From IMG/VR virus record IMGVR_UViG_3300032007_000069, positions 1-64,000 of that record: DNA of 64,000 bases; one strand, written 5' to 3'. Every line of letters starts with the position of its first letter. Within the stretch, counting starts at the first letter, position 1. This DNA comes from a virus (taxonomy: Duplodnaviria; Caudoviricetes). Both the position numbers and the translations under genes were made by a program. The notes below the pieces were generated by a model, which saw only the letters and a list, made by a program, of their open reading frames with translations, was not told the origin of the DNA and made no database searches. Below, piece after piece: positions 19,534 through 29,219 of this stretch.

Positions 19534-20874
19534 ATGAGTAAAAGTTTGATTAACAAGCCCTACGTTCACCAGATGAGTGACAGCAACTCCATCTTCGGGA
19601 ACTTTGGCGGAGCGGTGGCCCAGATGACCATTGATGAGTTCCGCCAGCACCTCAACGACAACGATGAGGAAGTATTGAACAACCTTGCGTTCTACATAGA
19701 CGTGAACAAGGCATCAAGCCTCGGTTCCACCCGTGTAGATGTAGGTGGTAACATGCACATGCGCCAGCTTTGGGAAGACTCTGCTGTAAGTATTCTCATG
19801 GATAAGAATGGCAACTACTGCGAGCTGAACAGGAACGACAACCGCTACACAGCGGAAGGCGACTACCTGTTGCAGAACGACGGGACGATTATCTCGACCT
19901 ATGCGAACTGCGACTTCATGAAGATTATCCCTCAGACCTACGGACGTGTTCAGACGGTGACGGTCGGTGCCACCACCATCGCAAGGCTGTGGCTGTCTCT
20001 CGTTCCGCTGCCTGGCGGTTACATCATCCCTCAGATGGTTGTCGGCAAGTTCAAGGCAAGCGTTGTGTCGAGCGCCCTGCGAAGCCTCCCCGGACTGGTG
20101 ACTGCTGACAGCAACACCATCAATGCGTTCTGGACGAAGGCACAGGCAAGGAGCAAGAACCACGGCTTGGCGAACCTCGACTTCCGTAACCACCTGCTGT
20201 TCCACATGATGGCGAAGTATGCCTATCGTGACTCTCAGAACTGCAAGGGACAGGACAACACACCTATCTGGGGTGTCGGTCTCGACGGAACGGAGAACAG
20301 CGGAGGCTTCGACGGTCAGAAGAACATCAAGACAGGTATCGTCCTCAGTCTCGGTGACTATGACGGAAACGTGGCCACCACGGATGCCAACAGCAACACT
20401 TGCCATTGTGTCAACGTGGCAGGCTTCGAGAACCCTTGGGGTCAGAAGTGGGAAATGGTACAGGGTCTCTGCTCTGTAGGCACTGATGTCTATTGCTGGA
20501 GAAACAACTGGCTACCTACCGGCACTCCTACGGCTGAGTCGTTTGCCCATGTGGAGCATGTCAAGCTGACACGTGCCACAAGTGCCGTCACAGGCATGAA
20601 CATCATCGAGAGCCAGCAGGGACAAGGAGTCTATATGATACCTAAGCAATCCCTCAGCGGTGTAAGCTATGGCGATAACTTCTGGTACGCAGAGGCAGGA
20701 CAGCTGTGGCTCTGGGGCGGTCCCTCGTACCGCGGGTCGTCTTGCGGTCTCGCTTATGCGGCCTCGGACTTCGCTTGGTCGGCCTCGTACGCGTACATCT
20801 CGGCTCGCCTTGCTTACTATGGTTCCCTGCAAAAGGTGTCAGCAAGTCGATTGGCGGAACTCGCGGCTGCCTAA
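19534..20874 (+). CDS. DGR target 1: putative receptor-binding tail protein with a C-terminal C-type-lectin-like fold
   Basis: Carries VR1 near its C-terminus; GFENPWGQKWE motif; last gene of the tail operon before TR. Fold inferred from known DGR targets. Confidence 0.85.
   Translation: MSKSLINKPYVHQMSDSNSIFGNFGGAVAQMTIDEFRQHLNDNDEEVLNNLAFYIDVNKASSLGSTRVDVGGNMHMRQLWEDSAVSILMDKNGNYCELNRNDNRYTAEGDYLLQNDGTIISTYANCDFMKIIPQTYGRVQTVTVGATTIARLWLSLVPLPGGYIIPQMVVGKFKASVVSSALRSLPGLVTADSNTINAFWTKAQARSKNHGLANLDFRNHLLFHMMAKYAYRDSQNCKGQDNTPIWGVGLDGTENSGGFDGQKNIKTGIVLSLGDYDGNVATTDANSNTCHCVNVAGFENPWGQKWEMVQGLCSVGTDVYCWRNNWLPTGTPTAESFAHVEHVKLTRATSAVTGMNIIESQQGQGVYMIPKQSLSGVSYGDNFWYAEAGQLWLWGGPSYRGSSCGLAYAASDFAWSASYAYISARLAYYGSLQKVSASRLAELAAA
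20701..20814 (+). repeat. DGR variable repeat VR1
   Basis: 114 nt, ungapped against TR; I count 20 mismatches, all at TR adenines. Confidence 0.97.
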
Positions 20875-20901
20875 GCAGTCGCGTTGCGCCCGAAAGGGCG
20901 C
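20862..20901 (+). promoter_or_regulatory. Two tandem hairpins downstream of the VR1 IMH (candidate retrohoming cruciform)
   Basis: CGCGGCTGC-CTAA-GCAGTCGCG (stop codon in the loop) and GCGCCC-GAAA-GGGCGC. Confidence 0.7.
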
Positions 20902-21023
20902 TCCGCTTTCCTAAAGTAATAATCAGTAACAAAGAATGAAAGTTTAACAATTCTGCAGGTCAGACGACCGAAGGAACAAATCTCTCAAAAGCCATTACTT
21001 CGATGGTAGGTATAAAGGTATTG

Positions 21024-21137
21024 AAGCTGTGGATCTGGGGCGGTAACTCGAACAACGGGTCGAATTGCGGTCTCGCTTATGCGAACTCGAACAACGCTTG
21101 GTCGAACTCGAACGCGAACATCTCGGCTCGCCTAACT
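21024..21137 (+). ncRNA. DGR template repeat (TR)
   Basis: Ten AAC/AAT codons in the target frame; identical to VR1 and VR2 except at adenines (plus one missing codon in VR2); ends in IMH* ...CGCCTAACT. Confidence 0.97.
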
Positions 21138-21352
21138 ACGTTAGACAAGAAAAACTACAGGGTGTTAGTACTGCGTCATGGGAAAGCATCCGCATACCTT
21201 GAGCCTCGGCAGCGTGCAGTGTATGTATAGCACGTGTTGGTCGGAACAACATTCACCTTGCGCGGAATAGGGTCAGCCCAGCCGCCCGTGGTGTTAGTAA
21301 GCCATAGAAATGGATTTGAACGCTTCACACAGAGACGATAGCAAGCGAAAGA

Positions 21353-22783
21353 ATGAAGAGAGCAGGTCACATATATGAGCAGATGTCCGTCTGGGACAAC
21401 ATCGTGGAGGCTGAGAACATTTCCACGAAGCGCAAGATGCGCAATCCCGGAGTCGTCCGTCATGTCGCCAACAGGTGGCAGAACCTCATCGAGATACAGG
21501 GTATGGTCCTCGACGGCCGTATGCGTACCGATGAGTACATGCACGAGAAGCGGGTGAGCGGACAGGACAAGATGCGAGACATTGCGAAGGTGCATTTCCA
21601 TCCGTCGCATATCGAGCACCAGCTGCTTACGATGGCCGCTGACAGAAGGATAGACAGGACACTCATACGGCACACATACGCAAGCCGTAAGGGGTACGGG
21701 CAGATAGCCTGTGCCTTGCAGATCCGCAAGAACGTCCGCAAGTATCGCGGCACGACTCGGTGGTACGGGCAAGGTGACATCTGCAAGTATTACGAGAACA
21801 TTCCCCACTCCGTGATTAGGGAGAAGATGGTTCGCCTGTTTAAGGACGAGAGATTTGTTGACGCTTTCATAGAACCCTTCGTGCGGTTCGCTGAGGACGG
21901 TATAGGCATACCCCTCGGCATCCGTCCGAGTCAGAGCACAGGCAACCTGGTATTGTCAGACTTCGACCACTTCATGCTCGAAGAGAACAAGGTGGAGGAT
22001 TACGTCCGCTACCTTGACGATTTCTTCTTCACGGGCGAGACGAAGGGAGAGGTTCGGAGGAAGATGAAGAGGGCTGCTAAGTTCCTCAAGGAGCGGTACG
22101 GCTTCGTGCTCCATGAGCCGAAGATTCACCGCATCGAGGAAGGTGTGGATATGATGGGTTTCGTGTTCTACGGTGTCCGTAACGACATGTGGTGGAGGAA
22201 GTCAGACAAGAGACGCTGGCTCCATCACCGCAAGCAGGTCACCAACGGGAAGCGTCTGAGGGAGTTGGACGATGCCGCATGGGGAATGCTCAAATGGGGT
22301 AACAGCCATTGCAAGAAGCTGTGGAGCGTCAAGACCGGCAGACAGATACCTAAGAAGAAAATGGGTGTATCGTACAAGAAAGCAGGCATCCAGCGCACCG
22401 AGCGTCTGGACGCCAATGGTGTTCCATTCATCGACGACCCGAAGATAGGCATGCAGACATTGCTCAAGAAGCCTGTCGAGTGCCTTCGGTGGGTTCCGAA
22501 CGTGAAGACTTCTCAAGGCGAGGGACGTTATGCTGTCCGTGTTAGGTTCATGGGTGACACTTACAAGGTTATCGTGAATGCCATAGACATCAAGATTTTC
22601 TTCGCTGACATGACGAAGAACAAGGTCACTCGGCTGAAGACCGTGTTCATCGACAAGGGTTCAATGCACTATGGTATCGACGAGGAGCAGACCGAGATCC
22701 TGGAGGTCGATGGCCGCAAGGTTATCGAGCAGGATGGCAAGGTCGTCTTTGAAGATACGGGTGCTGAGGTAGAATTTAAGTAA
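21353..22783 (+). CDS. DGR reverse transcriptase with a ~140-aa C-terminal extension
   Basis: GDICKYY, LGIRPSQ (DGR-type GxxxSQ), YVRYLDD and MMGF motifs; adjacent to TR. Confidence 0.95.
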   Translation: MKRAGHIYEQMSVWDNIVEAENISTKRKMRNPGVVRHVANRWQNLIEIQGMVLDGRMRTDEYMHEKRVSGQDKMRDIAKVHFHPSHIEHQLLTMAADRRIDRTLIRHTYASRKGYGQIACALQIRKNVRKYRGTTRWYGQGDICKYYENIPHSVIREKMVRLFKDERFVDAFIEPFVRFAEDGIGIPLGIRPSQSTGNLVLSDFDHFMLEENKVEDYVRYLDDFFFTGETKGEVRRKMKRAAKFLKERYGFVLHEPKIHRIEEGVDMMGFVFYGVRNDMWWRKSDKRRWLHHRKQVTNGKRLRELDDAAWGMLKWGNSHCKKLWSVKTGRQIPKKKMGVSYKKAGIQRTERLDANGVPFIDDPKIGMQTLLKKPVECLRWVPNVKTSQGEGRYAVRVRFMGDTYKVIVNAIDIKIFFADMTKNKVTRLKTVFIDKGSMHYGIDEEQTEILEVDGRKVIEQDGKVVFEDTGAEVEFK

Positions 22784-22803
22784 CATCAAAAATTGTAAAG
22801 AAC

Positions 22804-23205
22804 ATGAATACAGGACATCTACAGAGACGGTTCAGTACTAACCGCCCCGAGGTTTTTGACAAAGAGACTCGCATTGTCTGCCTTGACATTCAAGAGGCTG
22901 TGGAGAACGACGAGAACGGACAGGAGCAGCAAGGCTTCTCCTTCATTCCCGTGGAGATCGACCACCAGATGGACTACGGTCACATCAAGTCTCAGCTGAT
23001 TGAAGCCGGCTTCGCCCAGAAGGATGAGTTCGGACTGCTGATGAACTCCGTGGAGAACATCATCAATGCCGTGAAGAACTCAAGCAGCTGGGCAACGTTC
23101 AAGTCAGCCTTGAACACCGAGGACATCGAGACGTTTGTTTCCTTCTGTGAGTTCCGCCGTGAGTGTGCCAATGCCGCTCATGTGGTAATCAGCAACTATC
23201 AGTAA
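22804..23205 (+). CDS. Hypothetical protein, probably tail-associated
   Basis: Acidic 133-aa ORF between the RT and the giant adhesin. Confidence 0.6.
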   Translation: MNTGHLQRRFSTNRPEVFDKETRIVCLDIQEAVENDENGQEQQGFSFIPVEIDHQMDYGHIKSQLIEAGFAQKDEFGLLMNSVENIINAVKNSSSWATFKSALNTEDIETFVSFCEFRRECANAAHVVISNYQ

Positions 23206-23211
23206 GCGCCT

Positions 23212-26200
23212 ATGAAAATCAAAGGAGCATTTCCTGTCCGATGGGCTGCGCAGGATGGAGCACCTGGTACTGGAGTCACTATCGTGCAAGCCTTGTGCTT
23301 CACGAAGTATGCCTCAAGCAACTCCGGCACCACCCATCCTGCGGACTCGTCGAGCGACTGGAAGACATCAGTACCCACGGTAGCCAATGGCAACTACCTG
23401 TGGACGTGGACGCATGTTCACTATTCGGATGGCACGCACACCGATTCCTATTCCGTGTCGAGGATGGGTATTGACGGTGTAGGTATCATTTCGTCTGTCA
23501 CGAAGTATTGTCAGAAAGCCAACACGAACACGGCACCGGAGAACTTCCCAGAAAGCGACTGGGGAGCGTTCCCTACCAACCTCGTGAACGACTACTGGCT
23601 GTACACTCGGACGATAGTGACGTACAGCAACCAAGACACCGCCATCAGCTATGACGTGGCTCAGATAGGCCAAGGCTCATACTATGCAGGGTGCCAGGAG
23701 TACTATTGCGTGTCTAACGATGGTGACAATGCTCCTTCGGGCTATCCCAACTCCAAGCCTTTCGTGGACGGTGTGGCTACTTATGCCAATGGTGAGGCAT
23801 GTAACGTGACAGGCTCATGGAGCACGTCCAAGCCTACGGCAAACAACTCCACCCCGTACATCTGGAACTTCGAGATCAGCTACGACAGCCGAGGCAACAA
23901 GTATGTCACACGTCCTGTCAGAATAGGCAACTTCGCCAAGGGTATCTCCAGCATCGTCGAGACGTACACCATCAGCTCCCACAATGACGTGGAGAGCATG
24001 TTGGCAGACTTGACGGAGCGTGGCGACTACCAGTGGCAGGACGAGCAGCATGCAGCCGTTCCGACTGACGAGTACCCGTACCAATGGAACAAGACGGTCG
24101 TGAACTATAACAACGGCAGTCCGGACACGTACTACCATATCAGTGCCGTGAAGGGTGCCGACGGCAAAGGCTCGACGTACATTGACCTCGACAATGAGAA
24201 CGATTCCATGCTCTATGACGGAGCAGGGAACCTCATAGGCGGTAACAGCGGATGGGTGACGAGTAACATCAGCCTCTACTCGAATGGTCAGAAGATAACC
24301 TCCAACCTGCCTACATTCTCCATCAAGGAACGCAGCGCGTCCATCACCTCCGCCAATGCGGTTATCAGCGGACAGGTGTTGACCGTGAAAGGCCTCACGG
24401 GAGATAGCGGCTGGGTCGTTGTCAAGTGTACCTACAATAACGTGGAGTACACGGCAAAAATGACCATCAAGAGGCTCGTGGGAGTGGATAAGTATGAGCT
24501 TCAGCTGAACCACAACGCTGTGTCGTACAATACGACGACAGGTGTGCTTTCCAACACCGATATAGCGGTCAATGTGTACAGGACAGCACAAAACGGCTCA
24601 CGCACGAAGGTCACTACCATGGCCACCTATACGCTTACTGCCAAGCTATACCCGAACGGAGCGAGCACGAACTCAAGGAGTATCACCTTCAACTCCAGCG
24701 GTAACGGAACGGCAAGCATCACTGCAGAAGAGGCAGCGGCATGGACGAACTTCGCCATCGTGCTCTTCAAGAACGGCAGTGAGGTTGACCGAGAGACCAT
24801 CCCCATCAACAAGGCACAGAACGGTGGCCAAGGTCCTGGTGCCATCATCCTTGACCTCGACAACGAAAATGACTCGATGCTGTATGACGGGGCGAATAAC
24901 AAGCTGTCGGGTAACGTCACCTCACAGGCAAGGTTGCTCGATGCCGGAGAGGATAAGACCTCTGACGTCACGAACTGGGACTTGGTGGATAAGACCAACG
25001 TCACGGGTTCCATCAACGGCAGCGGACTTGTCACCATCACGGCTATCAGCGCAACGTCCGGCAGTGCCGTGGCTGTCGCCACCTACGGAGGCCAGCAGTA
25101 TAGGGCGAAAATCACCATCAAGAAACTGGTCGGTGTGGATAAGTTCGAGATTGTCTGCTCTCCAAATGCGCTGACGTACAACACGACGAAAGCCACGAAC
25201 CAGCAGCAGGCGGTGAATGTCAAGGTGTACCGCACAGGCCAGAATGGAGCGCGGTCGCTTGTCGCCAGTCTCTCCACCTATGGTCTGAAGTTGAGGTACT
25301 ACTGGCAGACGACACAGGGAGGTACATGGGGAGGCCCTTCGTCCATCACGGACGGAACTGAGGACGGCAAGTACAACAGCGGTGCAGACAAGACCCTGTA
25401 TGCGAACATGTACTATGCCTATCGGTATGAGCTTCTTGACTCGGATAATGTCATTCTCGATGTCGAGACGGTGCCTATCAGCAAGACCTCTGACGGAGAG
25501 GGCAAGGATGCTATCATGCTCGACTTGGATAACGAGAACGATTCCATCCTGTACGATGGTGCCGACAACCCTGTTTCCGATGTCGTGGTCAGCACGGGAA
25601 GCCTCTATAAAGGACCGAACAAGGTGACGAGCGGCATCACATGGAGCATCGCCTCTGTCGAGGGCTGTACGATGATGAACAACGGTGCAGCGACAAGCAG
25701 CAGCTACTCACGCTCCAACTATCCCACGGCAGCATGGATAAGCTCCAATGGTCTCGTGAAGGTCAACGGCTTGTCTGCCTCACAGGGCAAGGTGGTGGTG
25801 AATGCTCACTATGGCGATAACGACTATCAAGCCACCCTCACCTTGAAGAAGCTGAGAGGTGTCGATAAGTATGAGCTGGTTCTGAAGCCTGCGGCATTGA
25901 CGTACAACTCCACCACGGGTTTGGTGAATGGCGCGTCTTCCGCAACCGTGATTGCTGAGATCTGGAGAACGGCACAGAATGGTGACAGGACGCTGGTTGA
26001 CGACTTCAACGGAGCCAATCAGTACGGCTTGTCGATTGTCGTCACTCCGGATGCAGGAAGCCTCTCGGGTTCAACACCTAAGAGCTATGGCCTCGATTTC
26101 GCTGTCAGCAGCTCGCTTGCCAACACGGCATCGAATATCGCTGTGACGCTGAAGAAGGGAACCATGACCTATGACAGCGAGACCATTCCCATCGCCAAGA

Positions 26201-28950
26201 CGACGAATGGTAGCGGTTCTCCTGGTCCTGCAGCCAAGGCCATCTATCGCCTGTCGTTCGCTCAGCCTGCCACTCCTACGGGTGCAAGCCCACAGGGTAG
26301 CGGTGCCCTCGCATGGCATGACGACCCATTCGTGCAGGATGATGTCAAGATAGACCTCCAAGGTGACTGGTTCAGAGACACGGACGGCTTCATGCGTGCC
26401 CCTGCAGTCGGAACGTATCAGTACGTTCATGAGACCCTTTCGTTCGTGACCACAGCGAGCAACCAGAAAGTGTACCTCAGAGTGAAGGCAACGCTCGGCA
26501 GCGGTTCGTACATAAGAATCGGAAACCTCGATGCGACGGTTCCTGCAACCGACTACATGCGTAGCGTGAGCGGAAGCAACCAGGACACTGGAGATATTGA
26601 GGTGACCGTGCCTTACGCAGGTACGCACTTCATCATTGTGAGGTACTATCGAGGCGGAAATACAGACACCTATGCCAAGTTCGCCTGTGGCAAGATGGAC
26701 GTCTGGCAGTCCAACGCTAAGACGTACAATGCAGCAGGAACCATCACGGCATGGAGCACACCTTTCAAGGTAGGCTCTGACAGCGAGTCGGATTCCTCTG
26801 AGACCCATGCGAACATCTTGAAGCAGACAGCTTTCATCGCTAACAAGATGGATGCCTGGCTGACGAAGAACGGCTCAACCTCTGAAGGTACTGGAGGCAG
26901 GAACTCATACGTCGGTGATCCCGATTACGGCTCTTCCATCAAGGAGCTGCTGATGCAGTCTGTATGGGAACCGGACGGTGACCAGCCTCTCAAGGCGAGC
27001 AAGTGGTACACGCTGTCCTTCTGGGCAAAGTCGAAGCCTTACATTCAGATTACGAAGAATGAGACCAGCAATGCCTATGGTTTCGCAAGGGTCAAGCCCA
27101 TCTACTTCGAGGCAGGTGTGACCAACACCATTTGGGTGAACGGCTATGTCTCTTCTGCAGCCAAGAACGCAGGAAAGAGTCTGAGGGTGTTCGTCTATGG
27201 TGACGGAGAGAATGACGGATGGGGCAGCACAATCGCTTCGGTGAAGATTGAAGCCACGTCTGCCACTACTGCCAGCGCCACCTTCACGGTTCCGACGACA
27301 GGATGGTACAACATCATGGCATACGTCTATTTGGAGCCTAACGGAGGCAATAGCCCCGTCGATGGCCAGACAGCCCGTGTGAACTACTATCGTGTCGATA
27401 GGGGCATGAGGATGAGGACGTACCTCTATCCGAACTGCAATAATGGCGAGCAGTCCAGCTACACAGCCATTGACACCTCAGCAGGTCGTATCTTGGACGG
27501 TCAGATGCTCTCTACCTCTCCTACCGACAACGGAGCGGAGTTCAAGCTCACTGAGGACTGGACGAAGCACACGTTGGTCTTCAAGACGAGAAGCTATATC
27601 CCGAACAAGCGCCAGCAGTTCTTGATAAGGATGCACGAGGCTTGCAACGGCATATACGTCTGTATGCCTAAGCTCGAAGAGGGCACACAGGCTACAGGCT
27701 ACGTGACCAATGACAATGACCCCGTGGATCTTGCCATCGAGGAAACCGGATTCCCGAACGACAGAGGTGTATGGGTAGAGTCACCTGCCACCCCTTACCA
27801 ATGGAATGATACGAGCCGCGACTATGTGGCTTCATCAGTCAGCGGTGAGTGGAAGCGCTACTTCGTCAAGAAGAAGGGTATGGTAGTACCTAACGGCACA
27901 GGCCCGACAAGCGGTGGCAACAGCTATTGGGAAGAAGGTTCGAGGATAAGCACTCTTTTGGTGAACACCATCGTAGGTGCGAATGCCGAGATTACCTTCG
28001 CCAAGAGCAACCGCATCCTTGTCACCAATGCAAACGGAACGGTAGCCGCTGGTATGGGCGGTGCTGAGAACGGCAACGACGACTATCCTCTGTGGGTGGG
28101 CGCCACCTATGCGAACAGAGCCAACGCTCCGTTCAAGGTGTCCCTGGCAGGAAAGCTGTATGCCAATGGCGCGGTTATCATGGGTAAGATTACAGGCTCA
28201 GTCAGAAACCCCTTCTGCAGGACTGACAACATACCCACGGACTACAATGGCGACAACCTTGCGCTGGTGTCTTCTTCGTCTGGAACCGTGACCATCGTGA
28301 CGGGAACCTTCAATATGATGATGGGAAGCAACCCAGCCAATATGAGCGGTAGAACCATCAGACTTGTTGCAGGTAAATGGGGCAACACCTATGGAAACGG
28401 AACGGCTACGGTCTATTTCCGTGACAACAGCTCTTACAACACCTACCCGATTTGGGAGAACGGTCACGAGGTTGACCATATCAGCATTTCAAACGAGGTG
28501 GTCGAGCTGCTTGGCTATGGTGACGGCAGTACCTTCTTCGGTTGGATAGTTCTGAACAGGATTGACTTCATGACGAATGCCCAGTATGGTGTCGGTGCGA
28601 AGTGTCTGATGTACGGAAAGATTACAGGTACTCCGAGCGGTTTGACAAGAAACTACTTGAAGGCCTTCGACGCATCGAGCATCACCATATCGAGGACGAA
28701 CACGGGTCTGTACAAGATTACCGTGCCTACATCATGGAAGCTGTCAACGAACCACCTGCTTGTGCTGGCCACTCCTGTAGGCTATATCTATAACGGAAGT
28801 AATATGCTGTTCTGCTCGGTCGAGAGCATAGAGACTGACAGCTCCGGATATGTCAGCGCTTTCACCCTGCAGTGTTCTGACGACCAGTCAAGGAACGACG
28901 GTTGTATCAGCTTCGCGGTGTTTAACATGAACGATTGGACGAACTATTAG
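23212..28950 (+). CDS. Giant tail fibre/adhesin (1912 aa)
   Basis: N-terminal antireceptor-type repeats (GNYLWTWTHVHYSDG), three tandem 223-aa repeats, CBM-like segments (YTLSFWAK). Confidence 0.75.
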   Translation: MKIKGAFPVRWAAQDGAPGTGVTIVQALCFTKYASSNSGTTHPADSSSDWKTSVPTVANGNYLWTWTHVHYSDGTHTDSYSVSRMGIDGVGIISSVTKYCQKANTNTAPENFPESDWGAFPTNLVNDYWLYTRTIVTYSNQDTAISYDVAQIGQGSYYAGCQEYYCVSNDGDNAPSGYPNSKPFVDGVATYANGEACNVTGSWSTSKPTANNSTPYIWNFEISYDSRGNKYVTRPVRIGNFAKGISSIVETYTISSHNDVESMLADLTERGDYQWQDEQHAAVPTDEYPYQWNKTVVNYNNGSPDTYYHISAVKGADGKGSTYIDLDNENDSMLYDGAGNLIGGNSGWVTSNISLYSNGQKITSNLPTFSIKERSASITSANAVISGQVLTVKGLTGDSGWVVVKCTYNNVEYTAKMTIKRLVGVDKYELQLNHNAVSYNTTTGVLSNTDIAVNVYRTAQNGSRTKVTTMATYTLTAKLYPNGASTNSRSITFNSSGNGTASITAEEAAAWTNFAIVLFKNGSEVDRETIPINKAQNGGQGPGAIILDLDNENDSMLYDGANNKLSGNVTSQARLLDAGEDKTSDVTNWDLVDKTNVTGSINGSGLVTITAISATSGSAVAVATYGGQQYRAKITIKKLVGVDKFEIVCSPNALTYNTTKATNQQQAVNVKVYRTGQNGARSLVASLSTYGLKLRYYWQTTQGGTWGGPSSITDGTEDGKYNSGADKTLYANMYYAYRYELLDSDNVILDVETVPISKTSDGEGKDAIMLDLDNENDSILYDGADNPVSDVVVSTGSLYKGPNKVTSGITWSIASVEGCTMMNNGAATSSSYSRSNYPTAAWISSNGLVKVNGLSASQGKVVVNAHYGDNDYQATLTLKKLRGVDKYELVLKPAALTYNSTTGLVNGASSATVIAEIWRTAQNGDRTLVDDFNGANQYGLSIVVTPDAGSLSGSTPKSYGLDFAVSSSLANTASNIAVTLKKGTMTYDSETIPIAKTTNGSGSPGPAAKAIYRLSFAQPATPTGASPQGSGALAWHDDPFVQDDVKIDLQGDWFRDTDGFMRAPAVGTYQYVHETLSFVTTASNQKVYLRVKATLGSGSYIRIGNLDATVPATDYMRSVSGSNQDTGDIEVTVPYAGTHFIIVRYYRGGNTDTYAKFACGKMDVWQSNAKTYNAAGTITAWSTPFKVGSDSESDSSETHANILKQTAFIANKMDAWLTKNGSTSEGTGGRNSYVGDPDYGSSIKELLMQSVWEPDGDQPLKASKWYTLSFWAKSKPYIQITKNETSNAYGFARVKPIYFEAGVTNTIWVNGYVSSAAKNAGKSLRVFVYGDGENDGWGSTIASVKIEATSATTASATFTVPTTGWYNIMAYVYLEPNGGNSPVDGQTARVNYYRVDRGMRMRTYLYPNCNNGEQSSYTAIDTSAGRILDGQMLSTSPTDNGAEFKLTEDWTKHTLVFKTRSYIPNKRQQFLIRMHEACNGIYVCMPKLEEGTQATGYVTNDNDPVDLAIEETGFPNDRGVWVESPATPYQWNDTSRDYVASSVSGEWKRYFVKKKGMVVPNGTGPTSGGNSYWEEGSRISTLLVNTIVGANAEITFAKSNRILVTNANGTVAAGMGGAENGNDDYPLWVGATYANRANAPFKVSLAGKLYANGAVIMGKITGSVRNPFCRTDNIPTDYNGDNLALVSSSSGTVTIVTGTFNMMMGSNPANMSGRTIRLVAGKWGNTYGNGTATVYFRDNSSYNTYPIWENGHEVDHISISNEVVELLGYGDGSTFFGWIVLNRIDFMTNAQYGVGAKCLMYGKITGTPSGLTRNYLKAFDASSITISRTNTGLYKITVPTSWKLSTNHLLVLATPVGYIYNGSNMLFCSVESIETDSSGYVSAFTLQCSDDQSRNDGCISFAVFNMNDWTNY
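24181..26220 (+). repeat. Three tandem 223-aa (669-nt) protein repeats
   Basis: xDLDNENDS(M/I)LYDGA starts at 24181, 24850 and 25519; GVDK(Y/F)E and ET(I/V)PI motifs recur in each unit. Confidence 0.9.
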
Positions 28951-28952
28951 TC

Positions 28953-29219
28953 ATGAAAATCAATTTTGACGAAATGAAAATCTACACCTCCCTCGACAAA
29001 GAGGGCGGTGTAGTTCAGAGCATCAGGAAGGACTTCGCCAACCTCATCTATACAGAGGGGAGAGGCATCGAGGCTCATGCCCTTGCTCTGAAAATCTACA
29101 ATGGCGATGCAGAGACGGAGTACAACGACATGGAAGTTGCCATGATAAGAGACTTCTCGAAGATCTGCAGCCCATGTGTGATTGACGCTTTCGAGCGTGC
29201 TCTGAAAGGAGGTGTGTGA
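28953..29219 (+). CDS. Small protein after the tail fibre (possible fibre chaperone)
   Basis: 88-aa ORF starting at ATG 28953. Confidence 0.6.
   Translation: MKINFDEMKIYTSLDKEGGVVQSIRKDFANLIYTEGRGIEAHALALKIYNGDAETEYNDMEVAMIRDFSKICSPCVIDAFERALKGGV

Larger units (their letters stand above)
19534..22783 (+). mobile_element. Diversity-generating retroelement cassette (target 1/VR1, hairpins, TR, RT)
   Basis: TR/VR pair with adenine-only mismatches next to a DGR-class reverse transcriptase. Confidence 0.97.

Noticed and set aside
21003-21230. 75-aa ORF upstream of the RT as an Avd accessory gene
   Set aside because: It is the TR read in the target frame (NSNNGSN... from AAC codons) and is too short and low-complexity for Avd.
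21353-22783. RT as a group II intron, retron or Abi RT
   Set aside because: It has the DGR-type GxxxSQ motif and an adjacent TR with two adenine-specific VRs; no intron domain V/VI or msr-msd was seen.
22804-23205. 133-aa gene after the RT as Avd
   Set aside because: The size fits, but it is acidic with a beta-like N-terminus, whereas Avd is a basic four-helix bundle. Not excluded without an HMM search.
23212-28950. A third DGR variable repeat in the giant adhesin or other tail genes
   Set aside because: By eye I found no further TGGGGCGGT or TCTCGGCTCGCCT match. A BLASTN-short search with TR on both strands would settle it.
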